NCBI GenBank assembly: GCA_964532255.1
Contig: CAZHGR010000002.1
Span: 6,374-70,373, forward strand
DNA: 64,000 nt
Source of the DNA: an uncultured Sphingobium sp.
Lineage (GTDB): Bacteria > Pseudomonadota > Alphaproteobacteria > Sphingomonadales > Sphingomonadaceae
Reading direction: 5' to 3'
Shown here: piece after piece, positions 1 to 10,900 of the stretch
How positions within the stretch are numbered: position 1 is the first letter of the stretch
Layout of the letters: each line of letters starts with the position of its first letter
Translations under genes and position numbers: made by a program
The notes under the pieces: generated by a model
The model's database searches: none
What the model was told of the DNA's origin: nothing
What the model saw: the letters and a program-made list of their open reading frames with translations, nothing else

Positions 1-68
1 CGATCAAGCGTCCCCCCGATACAGCCCCCGACCCGATGGCGACCTTCACGGTCAAGGCCGGTTTCTAA
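1..68 (+). CDS. 3' end of an outer-membrane beta-barrel protein, probably a ShlB/FhaC (TpsB) transporter (partial)
   Basis: Frame starting at nt 3 reads IKRPPDTAPDPMATFTVKAGF-stop(TAA 66-68). The alternating hydrophobic last strand ending in Phe is a Bam signal. TpsB identity is inferred only from context upstream of a TpsA-like gene. Confidence 0.5.
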   Translation, partial: IKRPPDTAPDPMATFTVKAGF

Positions 69-99
69 TGAGCATGAGCAGAAAGCCCGAGGAACAGTC

Positions 100-1875
100 A
101 TGAAGACCTGGCAGCTACTTCTTGCAGCGCTGGCGCTGCTTCTTCCGCAATCGGCGCAAGCCTGGTGGCAGAACGACTGGTCCTATCGCAAGTCGATCAC
201 GGTCGATACGTCGCCGTCGGGGATCAACGTGTCCGAGCCGCTCGGCCGGACCGTCGTGCTCGTACGGCTCCACACCGGCAATTTCACCTTCGCGGACGCG
301 CTCGAGAACGGCGCAGACCTTCGCGTGGTCGACAGCGACGACAAGACCCCGCTGCCCTTCCACATCGAGCTCTACGACCCGCAGACGGGTATCGCGACCC
401 TCTGGGTGTCGCTTCCCACGCTGAACGGCGGCGAAAAGAAGCAGCTCTGGCTCTACTTCGGCAACAAGAACGCGCCGGTTGGCCAGGACGTGCCCGGTAC
501 CTTCGATCCCGACCATATGGCGGTCTATCATTTCGAGACGGCAGCTGGCACGCCGCTGAAGGACAGCAGCGCGAACGGAAACAACGGAGCGAACGGCCCT
601 TCGGCGGTCAATGACGGCGCGGTCATCGGGCGCGGCGGCCGGTTCGTCGGCCAGGGCGGCGTGACGGTGCCGCCATCCGCATCGCTGGCGCTCCCGGCGG
701 GATCGCCCTTCACGCTCTCGACCTGGGTCAAGCCGGGCGCGCCTGCGGGCGAACAGGCGATTGTCGCCTCCGGGCCGCTGCTCGTCGGCCTGCGTCAGGG
801 GCTTCCCTTCGTCGCGGTCGGCGGCGCGAGCTTCGCCGCTCCGGCACCGCTCCAGCCCAACCAGTGGTCGCATCTGGCGGTCGTTTCGGACGGTGCCGCC
901 TTCCGCCTCTACGTCAACGGCATCGAGGCGGGTTCGGCCAGTGCGGCGATGCCCGCACTCGACGGTGGCTTCCAGATCGGCGGTGCCGAGGGACGGCCCT
1001 TCACTGGCGAGCTTGATGAGCTTCGCCTGTCGCGCACCGCCCGTCCGGCGACGCAGATGATGGCCATGGCGCAGTCCGAAGGCGCGACCAGCAAGCTGGT
1101 CGGCGTGTCCGAGACCGCGGAGGAGCAAGGCGGCCACGGCGGCGTGATGCTGTTCATCATCAAGGCCACGCCGCTCCTCGACTGGGTCGTCATCGCCATG
1201 TGCATGGTGCTCCTTGGCTTTGCGATCGCGGTCATGTGGGCCAAGTCCAGCTATGTCGGCAAATCGCGCAAGGCCAATGCCGTGTTCATGAAGCGGTTCC
1301 GCGAGATGCGCGGCCATTTCGTGCCGATCGCGGAATTGCCTGGCGTCACCGATCAGGAGGTGCGCTTCCTCGACCATTCGCCGCTCTATCATCTCTACAA
1401 GACCGGGCTGAGCGAGATCGACGAGCGCGTGAAGCTGTACGATGGCCGGCCGCTCAGCAGCGAGTCCGTCGACGCGGTGCGCGCGTCGGTCGACGCCGAA
1501 GTCGTCGCCGAGAACCAGAAGCTCGACAAATGGATGGTCATCCTGACCATCGCCATTTCGGGTGGCCCCTTCATCGGCCTGCTCGGCACGGTCATGGGCG
1601 TGATGAACACGTTCGGCGGCGTGGCGATGGCGGGCGATGTGAACGTCACCGCGATCGCGCCGGGTATCGCGGCGGCACTGCTCGCGACGATTGCCGGCCT
1701 GGCCTGCGCCATCCCGTCGCTGTTCGGATACAATTATCTGAACGGCCAGATCTCGACGCTTGCCGACGAGATGCGGGTTTTCGTCGACCGCGTCGTGACC
1801 CGCATGGCCGAAGCGGTCGCTTCGGGCGCGCACAACGACAATCCCCCCGCCTCCACCCCCATCGCAGCCGAATAA
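100..1875 (+). CDS. exbB: DUF2341 + LamG/concanavalin-like + MotA/TolQ/ExbB proton-channel fusion protein
   Basis: Signal peptide (..AQA/WW), DUF2341-like DLRVVDSD..LPFHIE..LWLYFGN, LamG-like WSHLAVV..LYVNG..FTGELDELRLS, and ExbB motifs GPFIGLLGTV.G and APGIAAALLATIAGL. RBS GAGGA upstream. Confidence 0.88.
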   Translation: MKTWQLLLAALALLLPQSAQAWWQNDWSYRKSITVDTSPSGINVSEPLGRTVVLVRLHTGNFTFADALENGADLRVVDSDDKTPLPFHIELYDPQTGIATLWVSLPTLNGGEKKQLWLYFGNKNAPVGQDVPGTFDPDHMAVYHFETAAGTPLKDSSANGNNGANGPSAVNDGAVIGRGGRFVGQGGVTVPPSASLALPAGSPFTLSTWVKPGAPAGEQAIVASGPLLVGLRQGLPFVAVGGASFAAPAPLQPNQWSHLAVVSDGAAFRLYVNGIEAGSASAAMPALDGGFQIGGAEGRPFTGELDELRLSRTARPATQMMAMAQSEGATSKLVGVSETAEEQGGHGGVMLFIIKATPLLDWVVIAMCMVLLGFAIAVMWAKSSYVGKSRKANAVFMKRFREMRGHFVPIAELPGVTDQEVRFLDHSPLYHLYKTGLSEIDERVKLYDGRPLSSESVDAVRASVDAEVVAENQKLDKWMVILTIAISGGPFIGLLGTVMGVMNTFGGVAMAGDVNVTAIAPGIAAALLATIAGLACAIPSLFGYNYLNGQISTLADEMRVFVDRVVTRMAEAVASGAHNDNPPASTPIAAE

Positions 1876-1887
1876 GGAGTTCGTCCC

Positions 1888-2295
1888 ATGCAGGTAGGTG
1901 GCGGCCGCAAGGCCTATGACGACATCAACATCACGCCCATGCTCGACCTGGCCTATGTGCTGCTCGTCATCTTCATCCTGATGGCAACGGCATCGGTTCA
2001 GGGGATCAAGGTCGATCTGCCCAAGGCAAGCAGCGCCGCGAGCCTGTCCGAATCCAAGACCATCGCGCTCACGGTCAACAATGAAGGTCAGATCTTCATG
2101 GACGCGTTTCCCGTGACGCTGCCCGAGCTTGAGACACGGCTGCGGACCGCCAAGGCGTCGAACCCGGACGTTCCGATCGTCCTCAAGGGCGACGCGACGG
2201 TCCAGTACGCCAAGGTCATGCAGGTGCTCGACCTGTGCCGCCAGCTCGACCTGAGCAAGGTCGGCCTGGTCACCGGCAAGCCGACCGGCGCCTGA
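1888..2295 (+). CDS. exbD: ExbD/TolR biopolymer transport protein
   Basis: INITPMLDLAYVLLVIF with the conserved TM Asp; VDLPKA; KGD..VQY..VMQVLD; strong RBS AAGGAG. Confidence 0.92.
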   Translation: MQVGGGRKAYDDINITPMLDLAYVLLVIFILMATASVQGIKVDLPKASSAASLSESKTIALTVNNEGQIFMDAFPVTLPELETRLRTAKASNPDVPIVLKGDATVQYAKVMQVLDLCRQLDLSKVGLVTGKPTGA

Positions 2296-2326
2296 GCCGG
2301 ATCGGAAGAGAGCAGGCGAAACAGGC

Positions 2327-3031
2327 ATGGCGGTGGACAGCTTCCAGGAACCCGGCCCATCGCGAGGCCGATGGGCGGTGGCCGTCATCGGCGTCGCGCT
2401 GCTCATCGCGCTCGCCTGGTTCGTGTACCAGCAACTGACCGACGTTCGCGGCGTCGCGGTTCCCGCACCACCGCAGACGGTGATCGACATGCTGCCGCCT
2501 CCCCCGCCGCCGCCACCTCCGCCACCCCCGGACGAGACGCCGCCGCCACCCGAGCCGCTCGAGTCGCCCGTTCCGCAGGAAGCCCCTACCCCCGCACCGG
2601 CACCGGAAACCCCGGCCCCTATGCAGATCGACGGACCGGCGCAGGCAGGTACCGACTCGTTCGGAATGAGCGCCGGGGCTGGCGGCGGGATGGGCGCGGT
2701 CGGCAGCAAGGGCACATGCATCGGGCCGAATTGCGGAACCGGCACGGGCGGCAAGGCCGTTGACAGCGCCTATGCAGGCTATCTCAGCGCCTATCTCGAG
2801 CGCGCGATACAGCGCGACCGCAAGGTCAACCGCAAGGTCTTCAATGCGGTGGTCGCGATCTGGATGGACGGCGGACGGATCACGCGCGCCGAGATGATCC
2901 AGGGCACCGGCGACGGCGCGGTCGATGAGGCGCTGGAGGGCGCGATCGTCGCGACCTCCAATCTCCGGCCGCCGCCGGGCGGCCTCAAATTCCCGCAACG
3001 CGTCGTCATCCGCGGACGGCGCGGCGCATGA
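2327..3031 (+). CDS. TonB/TolA-like energy transducer
   Basis: Single N-terminal TM helix, long Pro-rich spacer, Gly-rich linker, and a C-terminal domain with GTGDGAVDEA (TonB_C/TolA-like); lies directly after exbD. Confidence 0.8.
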   Translation: MAVDSFQEPGPSRGRWAVAVIGVALLIALAWFVYQQLTDVRGVAVPAPPQTVIDMLPPPPPPPPPPPPDETPPPPEPLESPVPQEAPTPAPAPETPAPMQIDGPAQAGTDSFGMSAGAGGGMGAVGSKGTCIGPNCGTGTGGKAVDSAYAGYLSAYLERAIQRDRKVNRKVFNAVVAIWMDGGRITRAEMIQGTGDGAVDEALEGAIVATSNLRPPPGGLKFPQRVVIRGRRGA

Positions 3032-4908
3032 AACACAGGATCACCGGCCAGAGGGCCGCTCACAGCAAGTTGGGAAGCAGCATGACCGCGCGAAGCACTC
3101 ATCGCAAAGGCTTTTGGGGACAGACGGCACTGGGTGCCCTGTTCGCCGCCGCACTGGCCGGGCTTGCCCCGTCGGCGTTGGCGCAGACCGGCGAAGCGCC
3201 AGCCCCGGCCGCCGCCGCGGAACCGCAGCCACAGCCACAGCCCGACATGGCGGGCGCGCTGCCTGAGGGTCCGACCAGCAACGCGATGGTCAACCTCATC
3301 CGCCTGCTCGTCCAGCAGGGAACCATCACCGAGGAGAACGGTCGCGCGCTGGTCGCGCAGGCCCAGACCGAAGCGCAGATGGCCTCGGCCACACCCGCCC
3401 CGCCCGCCGCGGGCGCAGTGCGCGTGCCTTATGTCCCGCAGATCGTCCGCGATCAGATCCGCGACGAGGTCAAGGCCGACATCGCCCGCACCGCCGAGAC
3501 ATCGGGCTGGATCGCGCCCGCGCGCCTGCCGGCGTGGGCCGAGCGGCTGACGATCAGCGGCGACATCCGCTTCCGCAGCCAGTCCGAGCTCTATTCTGCA
3601 TCGAACGTCATCGGCCTGATCGACTTCGGCGAGTTCAACCGCAGCGGCCCGGTCGACATCAATCCGGTGATCGCCGGCAGCAGCATTCCCTTCATCAACA
3701 CGCGCAACGACCAGTGGAACCGCCTCAGCGTCCGCGCGCGTCTCGCCGTCGATGCAAAGCTGACCAACGGCGTGTCGGGCGGCATTCGCCTTGCCACCGG
3801 CTCGAATGACTCGCCGATCGCCACCACCCAGTTGCTCGGCGGCGGCTTCGGCAAGAAGGATATCTGGCTTGATCGCGCCTATATCCATGTCCAGCCCATC
3901 GAATATGCCGGCCTGACCGTCGGCCGCTTCGCCAATCCGTTCCTGTCCACCGACATCCTCTATGACGCCGATCTCAATTTCGACGGCATCGCCGCGCGGA
4001 TCGGCGGGCGCGGTCTGATCGGCGAGAATATCGGCGTGCGCCTGACGGGCGGTGCGTTCCCGCTCGAATATGGTGCCGACGACTTTCCGACCATCGGCGT
4101 CGTGAAGGACCAAGTGGACACCAAATGGCTGTTCGCCGGGCAGCTTGACGTGGACGTGACCTTTGCCGGCGACAATCAAGCGAAACTGTGGGCGGGCTAT
4201 CACAGCTTCAAGAATGTGCAGGGCAACCTGTCCGCCGCCTGCGACACCTATCTGGGCGATTTCATTCAGTGTTCGACCGACAACGACCGCCCGTTGTTCC
4301 TGAGCAGGGGCAATACCCTGTTCACGCTGAGGAACATCTCGCCCGACCCGACCAGTCCCGGCAACTTCTCCCAGCCGCAGTTCGTGGGGCTGGTGATGGA
4401 CTATGACGTGCTCGACATCGGTGCCACGGTCGATGTTGGCGTCAACGACACGATGCACGTCGTCGTCAGCGGCAATTATCTGCGCAACCTGTCCTATGAG
4501 GGCAATCCCTGCCGCTTTGGCGAGTTGTCGCCTGTGACCAACATCGGCGCGGAAGGTGATGTCAGCGTCTGTGGGACGGCTGCAACTGGGCAAACGAAGG
4601 ACGAATTCCTGAGCGGCGGCACCGCCTGGCGTGCCGCCGTCTCCTTCGGCAGCAAGGATCTGACGAAGCGCGGCGCGTGGAACGTCATGGCTGCTTACAA
4701 GCGGATCGAGCCCGACGCGGTGCTGGATGGCTATCTGGACAGCGAGTTCCATCTCGGCGGCACCAACGCCAAGGGCTATCAGATCGAGGGCAGCTATTCG
4801 CCGTTTGACCGGCTGACCTTCACCGCACGCTGGCTGAGCGCCAATGAGGTGTTCGGCCCGCCGCTTGCGATCGATGTGCTTCAGTTCGATCTCGTCTACG
4901 GGTTCTGA
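3028..4908 (+). CDS. Putative porin / OM beta-barrel (Porin_5-like) with N-terminal periplasmic helical extension; start may be 3082
   Basis: Signal peptide ending ALA/Q; helical NLIRLLVQQG and VRVPYVPQIVRDQIRDEVK; beta-rich body (ISGDIRFR, IWLDRAY, GGTNAKGY); C-terminal DLVYGF. Confidence 0.75.
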   Translation: MKHRITGQRAAHSKLGSSMTARSTHRKGFWGQTALGALFAAALAGLAPSALAQTGEAPAPAAAAEPQPQPQPDMAGALPEGPTSNAMVNLIRLLVQQGTITEENGRALVAQAQTEAQMASATPAPPAAGAVRVPYVPQIVRDQIRDEVKADIARTAETSGWIAPARLPAWAERLTISGDIRFRSQSELYSASNVIGLIDFGEFNRSGPVDINPVIAGSSIPFINTRNDQWNRLSVRARLAVDAKLTNGVSGGIRLATGSNDSPIATTQLLGGGFGKKDIWLDRAYIHVQPIEYAGLTVGRFANPFLSTDILYDADLNFDGIAARIGGRGLIGENIGVRLTGGAFPLEYGADDFPTIGVVKDQVDTKWLFAGQLDVDVTFAGDNQAKLWAGYHSFKNVQGNLSAACDTYLGDFIQCSTDNDRPLFLSRGNTLFTLRNISPDPTSPGNFSQPQFVGLVMDYDVLDIGATVDVGVNDTMHVVVSGNYLRNLSYEGNPCRFGELSPVTNIGAEGDVSVCGTAATGQTKDEFLSGGTAWRAAVSFGSKDLTKRGAWNVMAAYKRIEPDAVLDGYLDSEFHLGGTNAKGYQIEGSYSPFDRLTFTARWLSANEVFGPPLAIDVLQFDLVYGF

Positions 4909-4940
4909 TCATGTCCAGCGCGTCTTCGACGGGGAATGCC

Positions 4941-7900
4941 ATGCCGATCAATGCGCGTTTGCGGCTGGCGGTGGCGCTGCTCGGCGCGACCGCGCTCTCG
5001 CCTCTCGCTTTCACCGGACAGGCCCAGGCGCAGACGCTCGGGGCACTTTCCAAGGCGGTCAAGGGGGGCATTCCGATGCCCGCCTCCCCCGTTCCCGGCG
5101 CACCGACCATGCGCCCCGGTCAGACGAGCGGCCTTCCCGACCGCTCCGTGGGCCAGTTGCGATCGCTCAACAACGCTGCCCAGGTCGCGCTGCGCGCCAG
5201 CGTCGCGGCGCAGGCAAACGCCGCCGCCCGCGCGTCGCTCGGAGGACAGGCGTCCAGCGTACCCAACGGCCTGCAGCCCGGCGGGCTGGTGGTCGCGGCC
5301 AATGCCGTCAAGGCGGTTGACGATCCCACCGGCGTCCGTACCTGGCAAGGCGCTGACCTGCCGACCGAAGTCAGCAACGGCGGCATCGCCAACATCACCA
5401 TCAAGCAGACCGAAAGCCGCGCCGTCCTCTCGTGGGAGAGTTTTAACGTCGGCAAGGACACGGTCGTCACCTTCGACCAGTCGGGCGGCGGTGCCGGCCG
5501 GTCCGACTGGACCGCGCTCAACCGCATCGTCGGGCGGATCGATCCCGCCACGGGCCGCCGCAACGACGCGCTCGCCGCCGCGCCGAGCCAGATTCTGGGG
5601 TCGATCAAGGCCGACGGCAATGTCATCGTCATCAATCCGGACGGCGTCATGTTCAGCGCGACCGCCCAGGTCAACACGCGCTCGCTGATCGTCTCCGCAA
5701 TCGACGTCGGCCGCTTCCAGATCGGACAGACGGTCCAGACGCTCGCCGACCGCAACCGCACCTTCCTCAGTCTTGGCCTGCTGGGCGAAGCGGACCAGAT
5801 CACCGATCCGACGGTCCCCACCACCGACACCTTCTCCGCAGTCGCCAATGACGCGCTGGAAGGCGTCATCACCGTGGCATCGGGCGCGCGAATCTCCAGC
5901 GCGGCGGGCGGTTATGTCATGTTGCTCGGCCCGCGAATCGACAATGGCGGCGAAATCAGCTCGGACGAGGGCCAGGTCATATTGCAGGCCGGCCGCCGTA
6001 TCTTCGTGCGGCGTTCCGATGACGAGGACGCGACCGATGCCGGCGCCGACCTCCTGGTACGCGGGTTCCGCACCGACGGGAGCCAGATGTCCGCGGGCGA
6101 CCCGGACGACTATGTCGTCAATCGCCCGACCGGCATCCTGACCGCCAAACGCGGCTCGATCCTCCTCGGCACCAGCGACTTCGGGTCCGTGCTTCAGGAC
6201 GGCCATCTGCTTTCGTCCACCAGCGTGGCGCGCAACGGTGCCATCCGCATCGAGGCGCCGACGATCCGCCTCGGCGCGGACAGCTCGATCAGCGTGATGC
6301 CCGACGCCAATGGCGAGACGATCCCGCAATCGGCGTCATCCGTCGCTGCGTTCAAGACGACCGACATCCGCATCGGCAGCCTGCTGTCGAGCGTCGATAT
6401 CGAGGGCGGCGCGATGATCGTCGCGCCGAGCGCCGATCTCGCGATCGGGGCCGGCGTGGGCAGGGACACCGCGCTGCCCAGAGTGGGCGCGCCGGACGGT
6501 GCCTCATTCGGTCAGCCGCGTATCTTCGTCGGGTCGGGTGCGGTCATCGACCTGGGCGGGATGAAGGACGTTGTATTGTCCGGGTCGCGCAACGTCGTGA
6601 CCATCTCCCCGGTCAAGAAGAACGAGCTTCGCGACACCCCCGAATATCGGGAAAGCTTCCTCAACGGCCTGTCGGTCACGGTCGACCCGCGCCTGTCCGG
6701 GGTGCGCGCCGACGGCGTCCGCTGGGTGGGATCGCCGCTGATCGAAGCGGCCAGCTTCTACGAGCAGGTCGGTGCCACAGCCGCCGAGCTGATGACCGGC
6801 GGCGGCAATCTGTCGATCGGCACGCTGGGCGTCCTCGACGGCACCGACAATGCCATCACCCCCGACGTGGTGATCGGCAAATCCTCCGTCATCGACATCT
6901 CGGGCGGCTGGGTCCGCTATCTCGCAGGGTCGATCCGCACCACGCGGCTCGTTACCGCCGCCGGCCAAGTGGTGGATATCGGTGCGGCCGATCCCAATGT
7001 CGAATATGTCGGCACGGCGGGCGGCTTCACCGAGACCGTCGAGCGGCTGAACTACAGCAAGACCTACGCCAACCCGCTGCTGTCCAACGACGAGACGGTA
7101 GCCGAATTCGTCGAAGGTCGCGACGCCGGGACGTTGCGGATCAAGTCACCGAGCGTTTCGCTCGAGGGCGATATCCACGCCGAGGCCTATATCGGCGAAC
7201 GGCAGGCGGCCGATGCGGCGACGGGCACGGCCACATCGCCCATCCAGGGCGACTTCCGGCGCATCCAGGCGACACCCTCGCAGCTTCCGATCGGTGGCCT
7301 GCTACGCATCCAGACCGTGGGCAACGACAGCCAGAGCGCGGACTCCAACGGTGCCAGCTTCCTCATCACCGGCGGCCCGCTGGCGGAGAGCCTCGCCCCC
7401 GGCGATTATGGCCAGACCATCACGATCGAGGACGACGCCCTCGTCATTACCGAGCGGACACCGGAGTCGGTCTTCGCGTTCGACGCGCGCGAGATCATCA
7501 CCCTGTCTGCGGACAGGATCAACGGCTTCGGCCTGTCGCAGCTTTCGCTTCTCACCAGCGGATCGCTGACCATCGATGAAAGCGCTACTCTCGACCTTGG
7601 CGGCGGGGGCGTGTTCGATGCGCTAGCGGGCCGCGCGCTGACCATCGACGGCACCATCAAGGCCGCCGAGGGCCAGGTCCGCCTCGAAACCTTCGCGTCA
7701 ACCGCCGGGTCAGCCTTTTCGACCAGCGACGACGTCCGGGCGCTGGGCGATCACGACGTGCGGATCAACGGCACGATCGACGTGTCCGGCCGCTTCGTGA
7801 ACAATTTCGACGCGGGCGATTCCATCACCCCCGCGGCATGGCTGAACGGCGGATCGATCGAGATCGCCGCCGCTACGCACGCGCTGCTCCCCGACCCGGA

Positions 7901-10900
7901 CGCGCCGACCCAGCAAAGCATCGACATCAGCGGCAGCATCCTGATCGCACCCGACGCGACGCTCGACCTCTCGGCGGGCGGGCATGTGGATGTGTCGGGC
8001 AAGCTGAACCTGACGGCACGCGGCGGCGATCTCTCGCTTTCGGCAGATACCTTCTACTTCCAGTTCGCCAACTCCGCGAGCACTCAGCCGGAAGTCGGCG
8101 AAGACTCGACTCTGCGCATCACGAGCAACGCCGAGCGCCTGCTCGCGCCGGGTGCAATCAACGCGCGCATCGTGATACCGGTCGGAACGGTCAAAGCATT
8201 CGGGTTCGCGGCGGGCGGGACTTTCTCGCTGACGACGCCTGCACTGGCCTTCGGCACCGATCCCGCGACGACCGGCACGACTCTCCCGCTCGATTTCTTC
8301 TCGACCACCGGCTTCGGCCAGTTCGACCTGACGAGCTATGGCAGCGCGCTGATCGAAAACCGTTTCGCGAACAGTCTCGGTGGCTACAACGCGCTTCTCA
8401 AGACGCAGACGCTGACCGTCGGTTCGGGCCAGACGCTCAATCTCAGCCGCGCGCGCTTCGCGCCCTTCACCACGCCCGAGCAGACGCAGGCACTGCAGGC
8501 TCTGGCGACCGACGGCGACCTTTCGACCATCCTCACAGCCGGTCTCCAGGCCAGCGACTATGACCGCGACGGCGTTGCCTTGAACCTGCGCGGCCTTACC
8601 GAACTGGTGGTGGCCGGGGGCGGCAGCATCACCGGTGACGCGGGCGCTGCGATCCTCGCGCCCAAGCTCAGGAATGACGGCACCATCCGCCTGCTCGGCG
8701 GCAGCGTGACTCAGCAGGAGGTACTGCCCCTCGCCTACGGTCTGAACAGTGCTGCGGTATCGAGCCTCGACCAGATCTTCTCGGTCGATACCAACGGACG
8801 CTATGCCGAAAACGCCCCCAATGCGGGCGGGATCCTGGTGTCCGGATCGTTGACAACTCTCGAAACAAACGCAGCGGTGGCCGAGAATACGCCTGTTTAT
8901 CTGCTGGGAACGATGGGCCGCACCGATGGCATCGTGCTCGGCGAAGGAAGCGTCACCGACCTGTCGGGCGCGGTCCTCCTGAATCCGCGCGCGCCCGTTC
9001 GCGACGTCGGTGACGTGCGTTCGATCCGCGACGGCTTGCTGCTCGACGGCGGCGCGCTGACGACGAGCTTCGCGCTCGCCAGTACTGACAGCCTGTTCCG
9101 TACGCAGACGTTCGGCAGCCCCTTCCTCTCGACCGGCGGCACATCAGCGTTCCGGCCCGGCCGCCTCCTTCGCACCGAAACCGGAGCGACCATCGCCCTT
9201 TCCGGCGTTGCGGACTCGTTCGACCGGCTGGATGCCGATTATCTTTACGTCCCGACGCCGCAATGGTCCGACGCGGGGACATTGACGGTCGGCGCGGGCG
9301 GCAGTGTCGCGGGTGCGATCATCGACGCACGCGGCGGCGCGGCGGCTGCACGCGACGGAACGCTCAACTGGCTGAGTCCCGTGCTGGTCGCCACCGCTGC
9401 AGACGAGACGGCAACCGACCTCGTGTCGGCGGAGACGATCGCCCGCGCGGGCTTCGACAGCTTCCAGGCGCTCGGCAGCCTGAGCAGCCGGGGCGATGTC
9501 CAGCTCGATCTGGCGCGCGCCTTCTATCTCTCGTCGCGCCCTGACGACAATGCGGGCTTCAGCGCGAACCTCGCGCCGAGCTATATGCCGACGCTCGATG
9601 TCGACGGCAATCTGGTCGTCAACACCGCCGTCGCAGCCTTCCGCAGCGTGGTCCAGTCGCCCGAGGTGCCGGCTGGGTCAGTGCAGGACAGCAGCGGCAC
9701 GGTGACGATCAACGCCCGCAGCCTCGACATTGCCGGTGCCAGCCTCATCGCGCCGAGCGTCGCGTCGCTGACCTTCGACATCGCAGGCGATATCCGGCTG
9801 ATCGGCGTCCAGCCGACCGAACTCACCTTCGGCCTCAACGCCAATATCCCCAATTCGCTCGTCGGACAGTTGGTCGGCTATGGCGACATGCGCTTCCGGT
9901 CGCGCCAGCTTTACCCGACGACCGGCTCGACCTTCCTCCTCGCCTCGCTCGGCGCGGAAGGCAGCATCGCTTTCGCGCGCAGCACCGATACGACACCGCC
10001 CGCGCCCTGGTCCGCAGGCGGGGCGCTGACCGTCCGCGCAACGACCATCGACCAGAGCGGCGTGCTGCGCGTACCGCTCGGCCGTCTGACGCTCGGCGGT
10101 AACGATGTGACCGACTTCGGTCCTTCGGCGAACCTCCGCGCGACGCAGTCGCTGAGCCTCGGCGAAGGAAGCATCACGTCGGTCTCGCTCGGCGGGCGCG
10201 TGGTGCCTTATGGTACCACGACCGACGGGCTCGAATATTTCTTTGCGCCGACCGGCAGCGATCCGCTGACCGCCCCACCGCAGGCGATCCTGGGCCTTGC
10301 GGGCGCGGCCGTGACGGTCGCGCCAGGCGCGGTGATCGACACCAGCGGCGGCGGCGACATCTACGCTTACGAGTTCGTGCCCGGCACCAGCGGTTCGCGC
10401 GACGTTCTCGACCGCTTCAACAACGATCCCTTCTCGTCGAACAACGGCCTCCAATATCCCGACGGCCGCCAGATCTACTCGATCGTGCCGTCGCTCGGCG
10501 ACAGCGACATCGCACTGTACGATCCGATCTACTCCGGCGACTACTCGGACCTGTACGAGGCGAGCGGAGTCGGCCGCCGCGTCTATCTAAGTGGCGGACC
10601 GGGTCTTGCCGCGGGCTGGTACACCCTGCTCCCCGCCAAATATGCGACATTGCCCGGTGGTTTGCGGGTGGTCGAGCAGACCGGCATGGAAGGCTCGGTG
10701 CCGGATCGTTCGTTCAGCCTGCGCGACGGCAGCATGATGGTCTCGGGCTATTATGGCGACAGCGCGTCGGGCGGGCAGGGCTCCACCGTCCGGACCTTCA
10801 CGGTCCAGACCCAGGATGTGTTCGAGAAATATTCGCTCATCACACTGACGTCGGGGAGCGAGGCGTTCACCAAGCTGGCCGGACGCAAGGGAACGAGCGT

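Noticed and set aside
2494-2620. CCG-rich tandem repeat
   Set aside because: Encodes the ordinary poly-Pro spacer of the TonB-like protein.
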